Origin: Armatimonadota bacterium
GTDB lineage: Bacteria; Armatimonadota; Armatimonadia; Armatimonadales; Armatimonadaceae
DNA length: 18,703 nt
Reading direction: 5' to 3'
Assembly (NCBI GenBank): GCA_043754515.1
Contig: JAYUUO010000017.1
Location: forward strand, 1-18,703
A program made the position numbers and the translations under genes. The number at the start of each line of letters is the position of its first letter. Within the stretch, counting starts at the first letter, position 1. Shown piece after piece: positions 1 through 8,735 of the stretch. Under the pieces are notes generated by a model. That model searched no databases, had not been told where the DNA came from, and saw only the letters and a list, made by a program, of their open reading frames with translations.

Positions 1-126
1 GGTTTATCGACCGCGTGTATTCGCGCTCATTTCATGGACTATGGAACACGGTCAAGCTCAAGATACTGCACCTAAATTTCTGTCACGCGGGGTTGCTGAG
101 CTACTAAGCCAACTCAAGATTCGGGT
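1..126 (+). mobile_element. IS982-family insertion sequence, right end (element continues left of the window)
   Basis: Bases 111-126 AACTCAAGATTCGGGT are the reverse complement of ACCCGAATCTTGAGTT, which fits the ACCCG..AGTT terminal IR pattern I recall for IS982. It follows a transposase-like C-terminus by 3 nt, and the RM gene's recognisable sequence stops exactly at this boundary. Confidence 0.8.
3..107 (+). CDS. IS982-family transposase, C-terminal fragment (5' partial)
   Basis: Frame +3 reads FIDRVYSRSFHGLWNTVKLKILHLNFCHAGLLSY* (TAA at 105-107). This resembles the IS982 DDE transposase C-terminal pattern (R..S..GL....KLK+L..N). It is too short to appear in the ORF track. Confidence 0.75.
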   Translation, partial: FIDRVYSRSFHGLWNTVKLKILHLNFCHAGLLSY

Positions 127-3048
127 TGAGTTAAGTACCGCCGAAAGGTATGCACCATCGGCGATATTGTGAGGTATGACAATGACGGTAGATTTTCCAG
201 CAGCAGTTGGTTGCGCGTTCCACACGCTCGTTGGACGCTTAGACATACCTGACACTATGATCTTTGGACTATTTATCTGTTGTATCCTTTTCGCGGAAAC
301 AACCGGATGCTTTAGATCAAGTACAGGGTTCGTGTAAGATTGTTTGATATACTGGACACGCTCGACCCCCCAAGTATTGTAAAACTTTCTGATGTTCCCA
401 CTGACTACGAATGGTACGTACCGGCTGGGAATTGTCTTGTTAAGAGTTTCGCCTTTATCTACGACCGCTTCCTTCCATTCGTAAGCCTCGCTCACGGTGG
501 CTGCCCCAGTTACTGCCGAATAATCTCCAAGCAGTTGACAATTCCGAAACACATCTGAGTAGATACGTGTCCTCGGGTGAACGAGGACGGACCAATTGTT
601 ATCAGCATAATCTAAGACCGCTAGTTTACACTGGTGAACCAACTCGATCTGCGTCTCATCAAGTGATCTACTCTGGCAATGAAATACACTAACTACATCC
701 TCTTTGTTGTGCTTAGCTTTGACGGCCATCGTAATGACTGGGTAAACGGAGGCGTTGAACACTGGTATATTCGACAAATCAGTTATCGCTGTCAAAGTCA
801 TACTCGCTCTGAAAACATCTCTCAGACTTTTCGCATACTCCGCACTCAACACTTTGTTCGGAGTTATGAAGCAAAAAATACCGCCCTGCTTTAGCAGTTG
901 AATGCCACGTTCCATGAATGGAATGAATAAATCGAAACCTCCCCTTGCGGATGTGTAACGGTTACGCAGCATCGTCCTGTATGCACTGTCTGTTGTCTCC
1001 ATTTCAACCATATTTACAAAAGGAGGGTTTGCTAACACTATGTCGAAGGCAGATGATTCCTGCTCGGTGTTCGCATCCCCGAACACCTCGCGGAAGTCCA
1101 CGCGCCAGTCGAACGCCGCTTCGTCGCGCCCTTCCCACCGGGCGATCTCGACGCGAAGTTCGGGAATCACCCGGTTTTTGAGGTCGGCTTTGTCTCCAGG
1201 GTAGCGCGGGCCGCCGTGTTGCTCCTTCGCCTTCTTGAACGCCTCCACCGCGTTGCCGCTCATAGTGGTGCCGCTCGCTTTGCTCGGATCCGGGCACGAG
1301 ACGCTATCGCCGCACTCGATCTTGAAGTCGAGGTTCGGGAGCGCGACCGACACGCCGGGGTCATTCAGCGGGTTTCGCGTCTGATCCACCACCAGCGAGA
1401 GCCACAGCCGGAGCCGCGCGGTGTTGACGGCGAACATTTCTATATCCACGCCGTACAGGTTGTTCTGGATGATTTCGAGCTTGCGGTCGTAGGCGAGCCG
1501 GTCGTCGGGTTGCTTTGCGTTGAAGAGCGCGAGGCGCAGTGCCATCAGTTCCTGCAACATCCCGAGCAGGTACGCACCGGAGCCGCACGCCGGGTCAACG
1601 ACCTTGACCGACTTGAGCGCGGCAAGCACGGCTTCGTGGTTGGTGATGCCGCTCGGGTCGTGGTCGTCAACGAAGCGGGCGATGGCGTCGGCGTCCATGA
1701 GGTAGCCTCCCACCCCCCGGCCCCCTCCCTCATCGGAATGAGAGAGGGGGAGTCTAGACGGCGTGCCGGAGGCGGTTAGCCTATCAGCAGGCGAAGCGAG
1801 ACTGGTCTCCCCCTCTCTCATTCCGATGAGGGAGGGGGCCGGGGGGTGGGAGGGAGAGGGGAGAGGGCACGCGTTCGCGAGATACCCCTTCAACGCTTCG
1901 CGGCACATGAACTGTACTATGGGGCGCGGCGTGTAGTACGAGCCGCTCTCATGCCGCCCCGTGACCAGCTCCTCGAAGACCTTGCCGAGCATCTCGGGGT
2001 CAAGCGCGACGTCGGCGTCGTCGGGCGTGGACTCGGCGACCGTGAAGTTGTAGGGGGCGAACAAATCGTTGAATATCAGATCGAACGCGGCGTTGGCGAC
2101 CGTCACGGTGCCGCGCACGTCGTACTCGTCGCTCATCTCGAACAGGCCGCCGTTTAGGTACGGGACATTGCCGCGCCGCTCTATTCGCTCCAGCCGCGAT
2201 TGGTTGTCGGTGTTCGCGCCGGGCAGTACGCCCAGGCCGTGGAAGAACGCCCAGTAGAGCCGGTCGTGAAACAGGTTTTCGTTCGCGGCGTTCGCGGCGT
2301 CCCGGAGCGCGAACAGGTAATCCTTGCGCCCATTGAACGTCAGCCATTCTTTCTTCGACAGGAAGTGAATAAACATCAGGCGGTTGAAAAGGCGTTGCGT
2401 AAACAGTTGCTTGTCGCCGGTCACGCCGGAAATGTGCGTGTCGCGGACTGTCTCGAAGACGCGCTTGTAGTCCTTGAAGAACTGCTTCGTGACCTTCTCG
2501 ACGTTCCACGCGTCGTCCCAGTTCTTGCGGCACGCGGCCCAGTCTACCTCGCCGAGCAGGTTGCGCGTGAGCACCAGCGCGGGCAGGTTGAGGGTGCGGA
2601 GCGTGTGCGTTTCGCCGACAGTGTCACGGTCGTAGCCGAACACGCGCAGTTTGGGTTGCCGATTGTCGCGCTCCTCGAAGCGGGCGAAGCGGATACCGCC
2701 AGGCACGGTGCAAACGAAAACCAGTTCGTCCAGGTCGGCGTTCTTGTAGGCGGCTTCGTTTTTGATGCGTCGGCGGATGCCGCGCAGAATCTCGCGCAGG
2801 TCGGTGCGCAGGAAGCGGTCTTTGAACTCGACCAGGAAGATCACGAACGGATCACCCACGCTAAACGGCAGAATCTGCGACAGTTCGGCGCGGGCAGCGA
2901 CGCGCCCGACCGCGTTCGCGTCGGTGTAGGTGAACGTGTCCTCGGGGTCCAGGTTCCAGGACAGTCGGCGATGCAGGAACGCAAAGAGCGAGTCGCGGCT
3001 ATCGAGGGCAGCGAGCAGTTCGTCGGCGGGACACAGGGCGTCGGGCAT
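58..3048 (-). CDS. Eco57I/type IIG-like restriction-modification enzyme (gamma-class N6-adenine DNA methyltransferase with C-terminal TRD), 3' end truncated by IS982
   Basis: Motifs: YLNGGLF, LGKVFE, GSYYTP, motif I DPACGSG, YGVDI, LPNLDFKIECGDS, motif IV FDIVLANPPF, FITPN, and a TaqI-C-like YLSAVLNS. There is a possible nuclease D..ExK (DPFVIFLVEFK) near the N-terminus. The likely start is ATG 3048 (MPDAL). Native sequence ends at 127; the last 22 codons and the stop are IS-derived. Confidence 0.9.
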   Translation of the reverse strand: MPDALCPADELLAALDSRDSLFAFLHRRLSWNLDPEDTFTYTDANAVGRVAARAELSQILPFSVGDPFVIFLVEFKDRFLRTDLREILRGIRRRIKNEAAYKNADLDELVFVCTVPGGIRFARFEERDNRQPKLRVFGYDRDTVGETHTLRTLNLPALVLTRNLLGEVDWAACRKNWDDAWNVEKVTKQFFKDYKRVFETVRDTHISGVTGDKQLFTQRLFNRLMFIHFLSKKEWLTFNGRKDYLFALRDAANAANENLFHDRLYWAFFHGLGVLPGANTDNQSRLERIERRGNVPYLNGGLFEMSDEYDVRGTVTVANAAFDLIFNDLFAPYNFTVAESTPDDADVALDPEMLGKVFEELVTGRHESGSYYTPRPIVQFMCREALKGYLANACPLPSPSHPPAPSLIGMREGETSLASPADRLTASGTPSRLPLSHSDEGGGRGVGGYLMDADAIARFVDDHDPSGITNHEAVLAALKSVKVVDPACGSGAYLLGMLQELMALRLALFNAKQPDDRLAYDRKLEIIQNNLYGVDIEMFAVNTARLRLWLSLVVDQTRNPLNDPGVSVALPNLDFKIECGDSVSCPDPSKASGTTMSGNAVEAFKKAKEQHGGPRYPGDKADLKNRVIPELRVEIARWEGRDEAAFDWRVDFREVFGDANTEQESSAFDIVLANPPFVNMVEMETTDSAYRTMLRNRYTSARGGFDLFIPFMERGIQLLKQGGIFCFITPNKVLSAEYAKSLRDVFRASMTLTAITDLSNIPVFNASVYPVITMAVKAKHNKEDVVSVFHCQSRSLDETQIELVHQCKLAVLDYADNNWSVLVHPRTRIYSDVFRNCQLLGDYSAVTGAATVSEAYEWKEAVVDKGETLNKTIPSRYVPFVVSGNIRKFYNTWGVERVQYIKQSYTNPVLDLKHPVVSAKRIQQINSPKIIVSGMSKRPTSVWNAQPTAAGKSTVIVIPHNIADGAYLSAVLNSTRILSWLSSSATPRDRNLGAVS
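1706..1853. repeat. REP/BIME-like element: perfect 47-bp inverted repeats (1706-1752, 1807-1853) around a 54-bp spacer, in frame within the RM gene
   Basis: The left arm CCTCCCACCCCCCGGCCCCCTCCCTCATCGGAATGAGAGAGGGGGAG is the exact reverse complement of 1807-1853. Each arm is itself an imperfect hairpin (CCCCCTC-C-CTCAT cgga ATGAG-A-GAGGGGG). Confidence 0.95.
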
Positions 3049-3088
3049 GAGTTCGGGGGCAATCGTGGGCAAACGGTAGGATAACGGA

Positions 3089-3097
3089 AGTATAGCA
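3089..3097 (-). promoter_or_regulatory. Putative extended -10 promoter (TGCTATACT) for the RM gene
   Basis: A TGn-TATACT motif lies 40 nt upstream of ATG 3048. Confidence 0.45.
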
Positions 3098-3417
3098 CGA
3101 AGCGTGCCGGGCGGATTACCCGCCGCCCACGGCTTCCGAGCGCACTTTTCGGGACGCGGCGCGTGGCGTTTCTGCCGCCCGTTTGAACGCGTTCGCGAAG
3201 CGCGCCCGGTGGCGGAAATCGGTGTTAGTACACAGGACGGGGGGAGGCGCCCGCGCGTGGTCACGCTGGTTTCGCCCGCGTGAGCAACCAGACTATGATG
3301 CAATCGTCCTAAATTGCCGCCGAAGTCTCGCGCATAGACAGCCGCCCCCTAAACCGCTTACAATACAATCCGCGCCGGGCCGATCTCCGCCAGGCGACCG
3401 ACGAGGAAAAGCAACCA

Positions 3418-4887
3418 ATGACCGAGCAAGACATAACGACAGAGCGCGACGCGATACGAAACACCGTTGAACAGGTGGCGGCGGCGGGGCCTTTCCTGCC
3501 CGACTGGGACTCTCTCAAAGGCTACCGGATACCGACCTGGTACGAGGACGCCAAGTTCGGCATCTTCCTGCATTGGGGCGTTTACTCCGTTCCCGCGTTC
3601 GGCAACGAATGGTACCCGCGCGAAATGTACAGGGACGGGACCCCCGAGTTCGCGCACCATGTCGCGACGTACGGCCCGCAGGACATGTTCGGCTACAAGG
3701 ACTTCATCCCGGCCCTGCGCTTCGACCAGTACGACCCGGCACTGTATGCCGCGCTCTTCAAAGAGGCGGGCGCGACATTCGTGGTGCCCGTCGCCGAGCA
3801 CCATGACGGCTTCGCGATGTACGACACCGCCCTTTCGCCCTGGAACGCAACGCGGATGGGGCCGAAGCGCGACGTGGTCGGGGAATTAGCGGAGGCGGTA
3901 CGCGACGTGGGGTTGGTGTTCGGTGTATCCAGTCACCGGGCGGAGCATTTCTGGTTCTTCGACAATGGGCGCAAGTTCGCGTCCGACGTTCAAGACCCCG
4001 CGAACGCCGGTCTGTACGGCCCCGCCGAGCCGGGTCCCGCCGACCACGGGAGCTGCGACCAGGCACCGCCGACCATCGCGTTCATGGAGGACTGGCTCGC
4101 CCGCACCTGCGAGTTGGTGGACAAGTACCGCCCGAATATGGTCTGGTTCGACTGGTGGATTCAGAACAAGGCGTGGCAACCCTTCCTCCAGAAGTTCGCC
4201 GCGTTCTACTACAACCGGGGCGCGCAGTGGGGCGAGGGCGTCGCAATCAACTACAAGCACGAGGCGTTCCCCGAAGGCACTGCCATTTTCGATGTCGAGC
4301 GCGGGCAGCTGTCCGGGGTCCGTCCCCTGCTCTGGCAGAACGACACCTCGGTCTCGAAAAACTCCTGGGGCTACATCGAGAAGCATGACTACAAATCGGT
4401 CGGCTCCCTGATCGGCGATCTCGTTGACGTGGTGAGCAAGAACGGCGCGTTGCTGCTCAACATCGGGCCGAAGCCAGACGGCTCGATCCCGGAGACGGAA
4501 CAGCGGATGCTGAAAGAGATCGGCGCGTGGCTACGCGTGAACGGCGAGGCGATCTACGGGAGCCGCCCGCACACCGTTTTCGGCGAAGGCCCGACCGAGG
4601 TGGTGGAGGGCTCGTTCACCGACACGAAACGGAGCGACTACACCGCGCAGGATATCCGGTTCACGACGAAGGGCGGCGCGCTGTTCGCGATTCTGCTAGG
4701 ATGGGCGGAGGAGCCGGTCGTGATCCATTCGCTGGGTACGGGCGGGTATAACAGGGTGGCGTCGGTCACGCTACTCGGGCACGACGGCAAGCTCGAATGG
4801 TCACAGAACGCGGACGGGCTGACGGTGACGTTGCCGCGAGAGAAGCCTTGCGACTGGGCGTACACGCTGAAAATCACGCCCGCGTAA
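3418..4887 (+). CDS. Alpha-L-fucosidase (GH29), cytoplasmic
   Basis: Motifs: PTWYEDAKFGIFLHWGVYSVP, AEHHDGF, GPKRD, nucleophile region WFDW, DVVSKNGALLLNIGP, WLRVNGEAIYG and a C-terminal beta domain (DIRFT). A GAGGA RBS is present and there is no signal peptide. Confidence 0.95.
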   Translation: MTEQDITTERDAIRNTVEQVAAAGPFLPDWDSLKGYRIPTWYEDAKFGIFLHWGVYSVPAFGNEWYPREMYRDGTPEFAHHVATYGPQDMFGYKDFIPALRFDQYDPALYAALFKEAGATFVVPVAEHHDGFAMYDTALSPWNATRMGPKRDVVGELAEAVRDVGLVFGVSSHRAEHFWFFDNGRKFASDVQDPANAGLYGPAEPGPADHGSCDQAPPTIAFMEDWLARTCELVDKYRPNMVWFDWWIQNKAWQPFLQKFAAFYYNRGAQWGEGVAINYKHEAFPEGTAIFDVERGQLSGVRPLLWQNDTSVSKNSWGYIEKHDYKSVGSLIGDLVDVVSKNGALLLNIGPKPDGSIPETEQRMLKEIGAWLRVNGEAIYGSRPHTVFGEGPTEVVEGSFTDTKRSDYTAQDIRFTTKGGALFAILLGWAEEPVVIHSLGTGGYNRVASVTLLGHDGKLEWSQNADGLTVTLPREKPCDWAYTLKITPA

Positions 4888-4903
4888 CATCCCGGTAATC
4901 TTT

Positions 4904-5920
4904 ATGCAAACCCTTATCTCTCCCGAACTCGTCCCGAATCGGACTCTCTACACCGGCGCGACGATCCCCGGCATCGGCCTGGGCACGTTCGGGTCGGACA
5001 AGTACACGGGCGGGCAGATCGCAGACGCCGTGCGCGACGCGATCACGCTCGGCTACCGGCACATTGACTGCGCCGCCGTGTATCGAAACGAGTCGCTCGT
5101 CGGCGAGGCGATACAGAGCGCGGCGGCGGCGAACGGCTTGCGGCGCGACGACCTGTTCGTCACCTCCAAGCTCTGGAACGATAAGCACGCGGAGGCAGAC
5201 GTCATCCCGACTTGCGAGCAATCGCTCCGCGACCTGCGGCTGGACCACCTCGACCTGTATCTCGTCCACTGGCCCTTCCCGAACGTCCACGCGCCGGGCG
5301 TGGACGTTTCCGCCCGTGACCCGAACGCGCGGCCCTACATCCACGAGGCGTTCATGCGCACCTGGAGTCAGATGGAGCTACTTGTCGAGCGCGGGCTGGT
5401 GCGGCACATCGGCACGTCGAACGTGACGGTACCGAAACTGAGGCGGATTCTCGGAGACGCGCGGATCAAGCCCGCCGCGAACGAGATGGAGCTGCACCCG
5501 CACTTCCAGCAACCGGAACTGTTCCGGTTCGTGATCGAGAGCGGCATCGTGCCCATCGGCTATTCGCCGCTCGGGTCGCCCTCGCGCCCGGAGCGGGACC
5601 GGACCCCCGACGACACGGTGGATCTGGAAGACCCGGTAATCGTGGAAATCGCCCGTGGTCGCGGCGTGACCCCGGCTTCAATCTGTATCCAATGGGCGGT
5701 CACGCGCGGGCAGATCCCGATCCCGTTCTCGGTGAAGCGGGAGCAGTATCTCGCCAGTCTGCAAGCCGCCGCGTCCGAACCGCTGACGGCGGACGAGATG
5801 CGCGCGATCTCGGCGATTGACCGGAACAACCGGCTGATCAAGGGGCACGTCTTTCTCTGGAAGGACGGGCAGACATGGGAAGCACTTTGGGACGAGAACG
5901 GCGAAATCACGCCGCCATGA
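4904..5920 (+). CDS. Aldo/keto reductase
   Basis: IGLGTF; catalytic tetrad in GYRHIDCAAVY, FVTSKLW and YLVHWP; IGTSN, EMELHP and YSPLGS. Confidence 0.95.
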   Translation: MQTLISPELVPNRTLYTGATIPGIGLGTFGSDKYTGGQIADAVRDAITLGYRHIDCAAVYRNESLVGEAIQSAAAANGLRRDDLFVTSKLWNDKHAEADVIPTCEQSLRDLRLDHLDLYLVHWPFPNVHAPGVDVSARDPNARPYIHEAFMRTWSQMELLVERGLVRHIGTSNVTVPKLRRILGDARIKPAANEMELHPHFQQPELFRFVIESGIVPIGYSPLGSPSRPERDRTPDDTVDLEDPVIVEIARGRGVTPASICIQWAVTRGQIPIPFSVKREQYLASLQAAASEPLTADEMRAISAIDRNNRLIKGHVFLWKDGQTWEALWDENGEITPP

Positions 5921-5958
5921 CGGGGGCGGCATGATCGCCGCCGCAAGGATACATAGAG

Positions 5959-7014
5959 ATGCAAGGAACGATGAGCGGACTGGTGCTACCGGGGAACAGC
6001 ACCGTTGACTACCGCGAGCAGCCGATCCCGACGCCGGGATACGGGCAGGTGCTCGTCCAGATGAAGGCGTCCTCGATCTGCGGGTCGGATATCCGCGCGA
6101 TTTACCGCGAGCATACCGGCGTCGGGGACGAGGGCTACCGGAACGTGATCGCGGGGCACGAGCCGTGCGGGGTGATCGTCGAGACGGGTCCCGGATGCAA
6201 GGCGCGGCGGGTTGGCGACCGCGTGGTGCTGTACCACATCAGCGGGTGCGGGCTGTGCGACGATTGCAAGGCGGGCTACATGATCTCGTGCCACGGCGGG
6301 AACGGATTGCGAGCGGCGTACGGCTGGCAGCGCGACGGCGGCCACGCGCCGTACCTGCTCGCCGAGGAGAACACGTGCCTACCCCTGCCGGACAATTTGA
6401 CGTACCTCGACGGTGCGTTGGTGGCCTGCGGCTTCGGCACGGCGTGGGAGGCTCTGACCCGGATGCGCGTTGACGGGCGCGATACGCTACTGATCACCGG
6501 GCTGGGTCCGGTCGGGCTAGCGGCGGCGATGCTCGGGCGTGCGCTCGGCGCGGCGCGGGTGATCGGCGTTGACTCAAACCCCGGACGACTAGCACTCGCG
6601 CAAGAACTCGGACTTGTGGATACCGCGCTCGCGGCGGGCGAGGACGCGCTGACACAGGTCATGGACGCGACGAATGGGAAGGGTTGCGAAGTCAGTATTG
6701 ACTGCTCCGGCGCGTCGTCGGCGCGTCTGCTGGCGTTAAAGGGGACGCGGCAGTGGGGCCGGGTGGCGTTCGTCGGCGAGGGCGGCACGGTGTCGTTCGA
6801 CGTTTCGCCGGTGCTGATCCACCAACAAATCACGCTCTACGGCTCGTGGGTGACGTCTCTCGGGCACATGGCGGAACTGCTGGAGCGGCTGTCGCGCTGG
6901 GGCATTCACCCGGACAAGACGGTGACGCATCGGTTCCCGCTCGAACGCGCCGCCGAAGCGTACGAGACGGCGGATAAGGGGATCGGGGGGAAGGTGGCTA
7001 TCGTGTGGGAGTAG
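5959..7014 (+). CDS. Zn-dependent MDR alcohol/sugar dehydrogenase, YphC-like
   Basis: ICGSD, GHEPCG, structural Zn site CGLCDDC..C and Rossmann GLGPVG. The segments [26 protein letters not shown] and GSWVTSL match E. coli YphC as I recall it. Confidence 0.9.
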   Translation: MQGTMSGLVLPGNSTVDYREQPIPTPGYGQVLVQMKASSICGSDIRAIYREHTGVGDEGYRNVIAGHEPCGVIVETGPGCKARRVGDRVVLYHISGCGLCDDCKAGYMISCHGGNGLRAAYGWQRDGGHAPYLLAEENTCLPLPDNLTYLDGALVACGFGTAWEALTRMRVDGRDTLLITGLGPVGLAAAMLGRALGAARVIGVDSNPGRLALAQELGLVDTALAAGEDALTQVMDATNGKGCEVSIDCSGASSARLLALKGTRQWGRVAFVGEGGTVSFDVSPVLIHQQITLYGSWVTSLGHMAELLERLSRWGIHPDKTVTHRFPLERAAEAYETADKGIGGKVAIVWE

Positions 7015-7231
7015 GGGACGTCGTGGCGGGTGGTCAGGCCGTGATCGTTTGGTCGCACGGTTCGCGTCGGAACGTGAGCGTTTCCGCTAGGTCGCGCCCC
7101 GTGCCCGCCAATATATCTGAAGTCAGCAACATGACTACTATACAATCGCCCTAACGCGGTGGCGGCAAAAATGATACCGGGGGGCGGAAATGATACACTG
7201 ATCGCGACACGGAATCCTTGCCTGTCGGAAG

Positions 7232-8728
7232 ATGCTCGCGCCTATGATGATCCCGCACCCTCCCCCACCTCCCTACCTAGTCGCCTGGTTCGCACCGTTG
7301 TTGCTCCGGGCACCCGCGCAGGGATCGCCCGCCAGGCTCGCGCCGGTGCCGCTCCCCGATCCCGCCCTGCCGGACGCCACGTACAAAACCGCGCTCTCGG
7401 ATCTGCTCACCGACCCCGCCCGACGCCCCGGCGTTTACGTCGCGCTCGCTGGGGAGATCTCGCGCGACACGATTCCGCCGCACGCGGCGGTGATCGTCGA
7501 ACTACTCTCGGCATACCTCGGGACGGGTAACCCGCTGGAATCGGTGGTCCCGCTCAAAGTAATCGGACGGTGCGGCGCGGCGGCGCGTCCGGCTCTGTCT
7601 AAAGTGCTCACGCTCGCGGCGAGTCCGATCGCGCCCGTGCGCCTCGCGGTCACCGAAGCGTTGGGCGGCATGTACTACGCCCCGCCCGGCACCGCGCCGA
7701 CTTGCCCCCCGTCCGTCATCACGGTGCTGGTACATACACTGGAAACGGACGAGGATCGGGGCACGAAGCGCGCCGCTGCCGTCGCGCTCGGTCGGTGCCG
7801 GGTGGCGACCTCGGAAGTGACGGTACCGCTGGCGGCAGTGCTCGGCGGCACCGATGTACCGGTCGCGCTCGGCGCGCTGTCGGCGGCCCAGGCGTTCGGA
7901 CCGAGCGCGAAAATACTGATTCCAGCGATCAGAACGCGCCTCGCGGACGCCAAAAGTGTCGCGAACGCCGCGCCCGCGCTACTTTCCGTCGCCGCCCCAC
8001 AAGAAGCCGTTGACGTGCTGGCGCAAACGATGGCGGCTACCAACAGTTTCGTCGTCCGGGAAACCCTGCTCTACTACGTCGCGCGGATGTCGAAAGCAGG
8101 GGATACAAAGGCACTCGCCGCCGCTGTGAAGCCGCTGATGGGGGTATTACCGCCCGCGCCGCCCGTCCCCGCCCCGGTCGAGGCACCTGACGGTAGCGTG
8201 CCAATTGTCGCGCCGAACGTGCCCCCGACACCCGAGGAACTCGCGTCGTTGCGACTCGCCGCCGTGACCGCGTACCAGTATTTGACAGGCGATACGCTGG
8301 CTTCGGGGTCGGCACTCGCCGCGCTTATTGCAGACACGAACGCGCCGGTCGCCGCGCGGCGCGACGCGGTGGGCGCGGTCGCCAAACTCCCGAAGTCGGT
8401 TGCGACCAACCCCGCCGTGATCGCCGCGCTACGCGACGCCTTATCGGGAGCCGACGCCCCCATGCAGAACGCGGCGGTGACAACGCTGTCGGGGTTCGGC
8501 GGCGCGCAGATCCAATCCGTCTCGGGCCGCCTCGCCGAACTACTGCTGGTCGCCTGGAAAAACAAAGAGAACGGGCGCGTCTATACCCTGATCAACACAC
8601 TGTTTCGCATCGGGCCTCCGGCGAAAAAGGCGGCGTTGCCAGTGCTGAACCGGATCATCGCGGGCGAGCCGAAAGGCTCCGCGAACGCCGACCTCGCCAT
8701 CGCCGCGCGGGGTCGGATCGGTGGCTAG
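7232..8728 (+). CDS. HEAT/ARM-repeat protein of unknown function
   Basis: Repeated helical units: VRLAVTEALG, KRAAAVALG, ARRDAVGAV, MQNAAVTTL, LFRIGPPAK. The N-terminus is Pro-rich and hydrophobic. The exact start is uncertain (ATG 7232 or a following Met). Confidence 0.75.
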   Translation: MLAPMMIPHPPPPPYLVAWFAPLLLRAPAQGSPARLAPVPLPDPALPDATYKTALSDLLTDPARRPGVYVALAGEISRDTIPPHAAVIVELLSAYLGTGNPLESVVPLKVIGRCGAAARPALSKVLTLAASPIAPVRLAVTEALGGMYYAPPGTAPTCPPSVITVLVHTLETDEDRGTKRAAAVALGRCRVATSEVTVPLAAVLGGTDVPVALGALSAAQAFGPSAKILIPAIRTRLADAKSVANAAPALLSVAAPQEAVDVLAQTMAATNSFVVRETLLYYVARMSKAGDTKALAAAVKPLMGVLPPAPPVPAPVEAPDGSVPIVAPNVPPTPEELASLRLAAVTAYQYLTGDTLASGSALAALIADTNAPVAARRDAVGAVAKLPKSVATNPAVIAALRDALSGADAPMQNAAVTTLSGFGGAQIQSVSGRLAELLLVAWKNKENGRVYTLINTLFRIGPPAKKAALPVLNRIIAGEPKGSANADLAIAARGRIGG

Positions 8729-8735
8729 CACGCCC

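Noticed and set aside
57..120. Direct repeat CTCAAGAT (57-64 and 113-120) as a target-site duplication
   Set aside because: Both copies lie inside the inferred IS (one in the transposase, one in the IR), so they cannot flank an insertion.
1700..1870. Cys-initiated insert in the methyltransferase as a mini-intein
   Set aside because: It is only about 55 aa, with no His-Asn/Ser-Thr-Cys splice junction and no Hint blocks. The DNA palindrome explains it fully.
3049..3303. 85-aa N-terminal extension of the RM ORF
   Set aside because: The translation looks non-coding and contains the putative promoter. ATG 3048 is more plausible.
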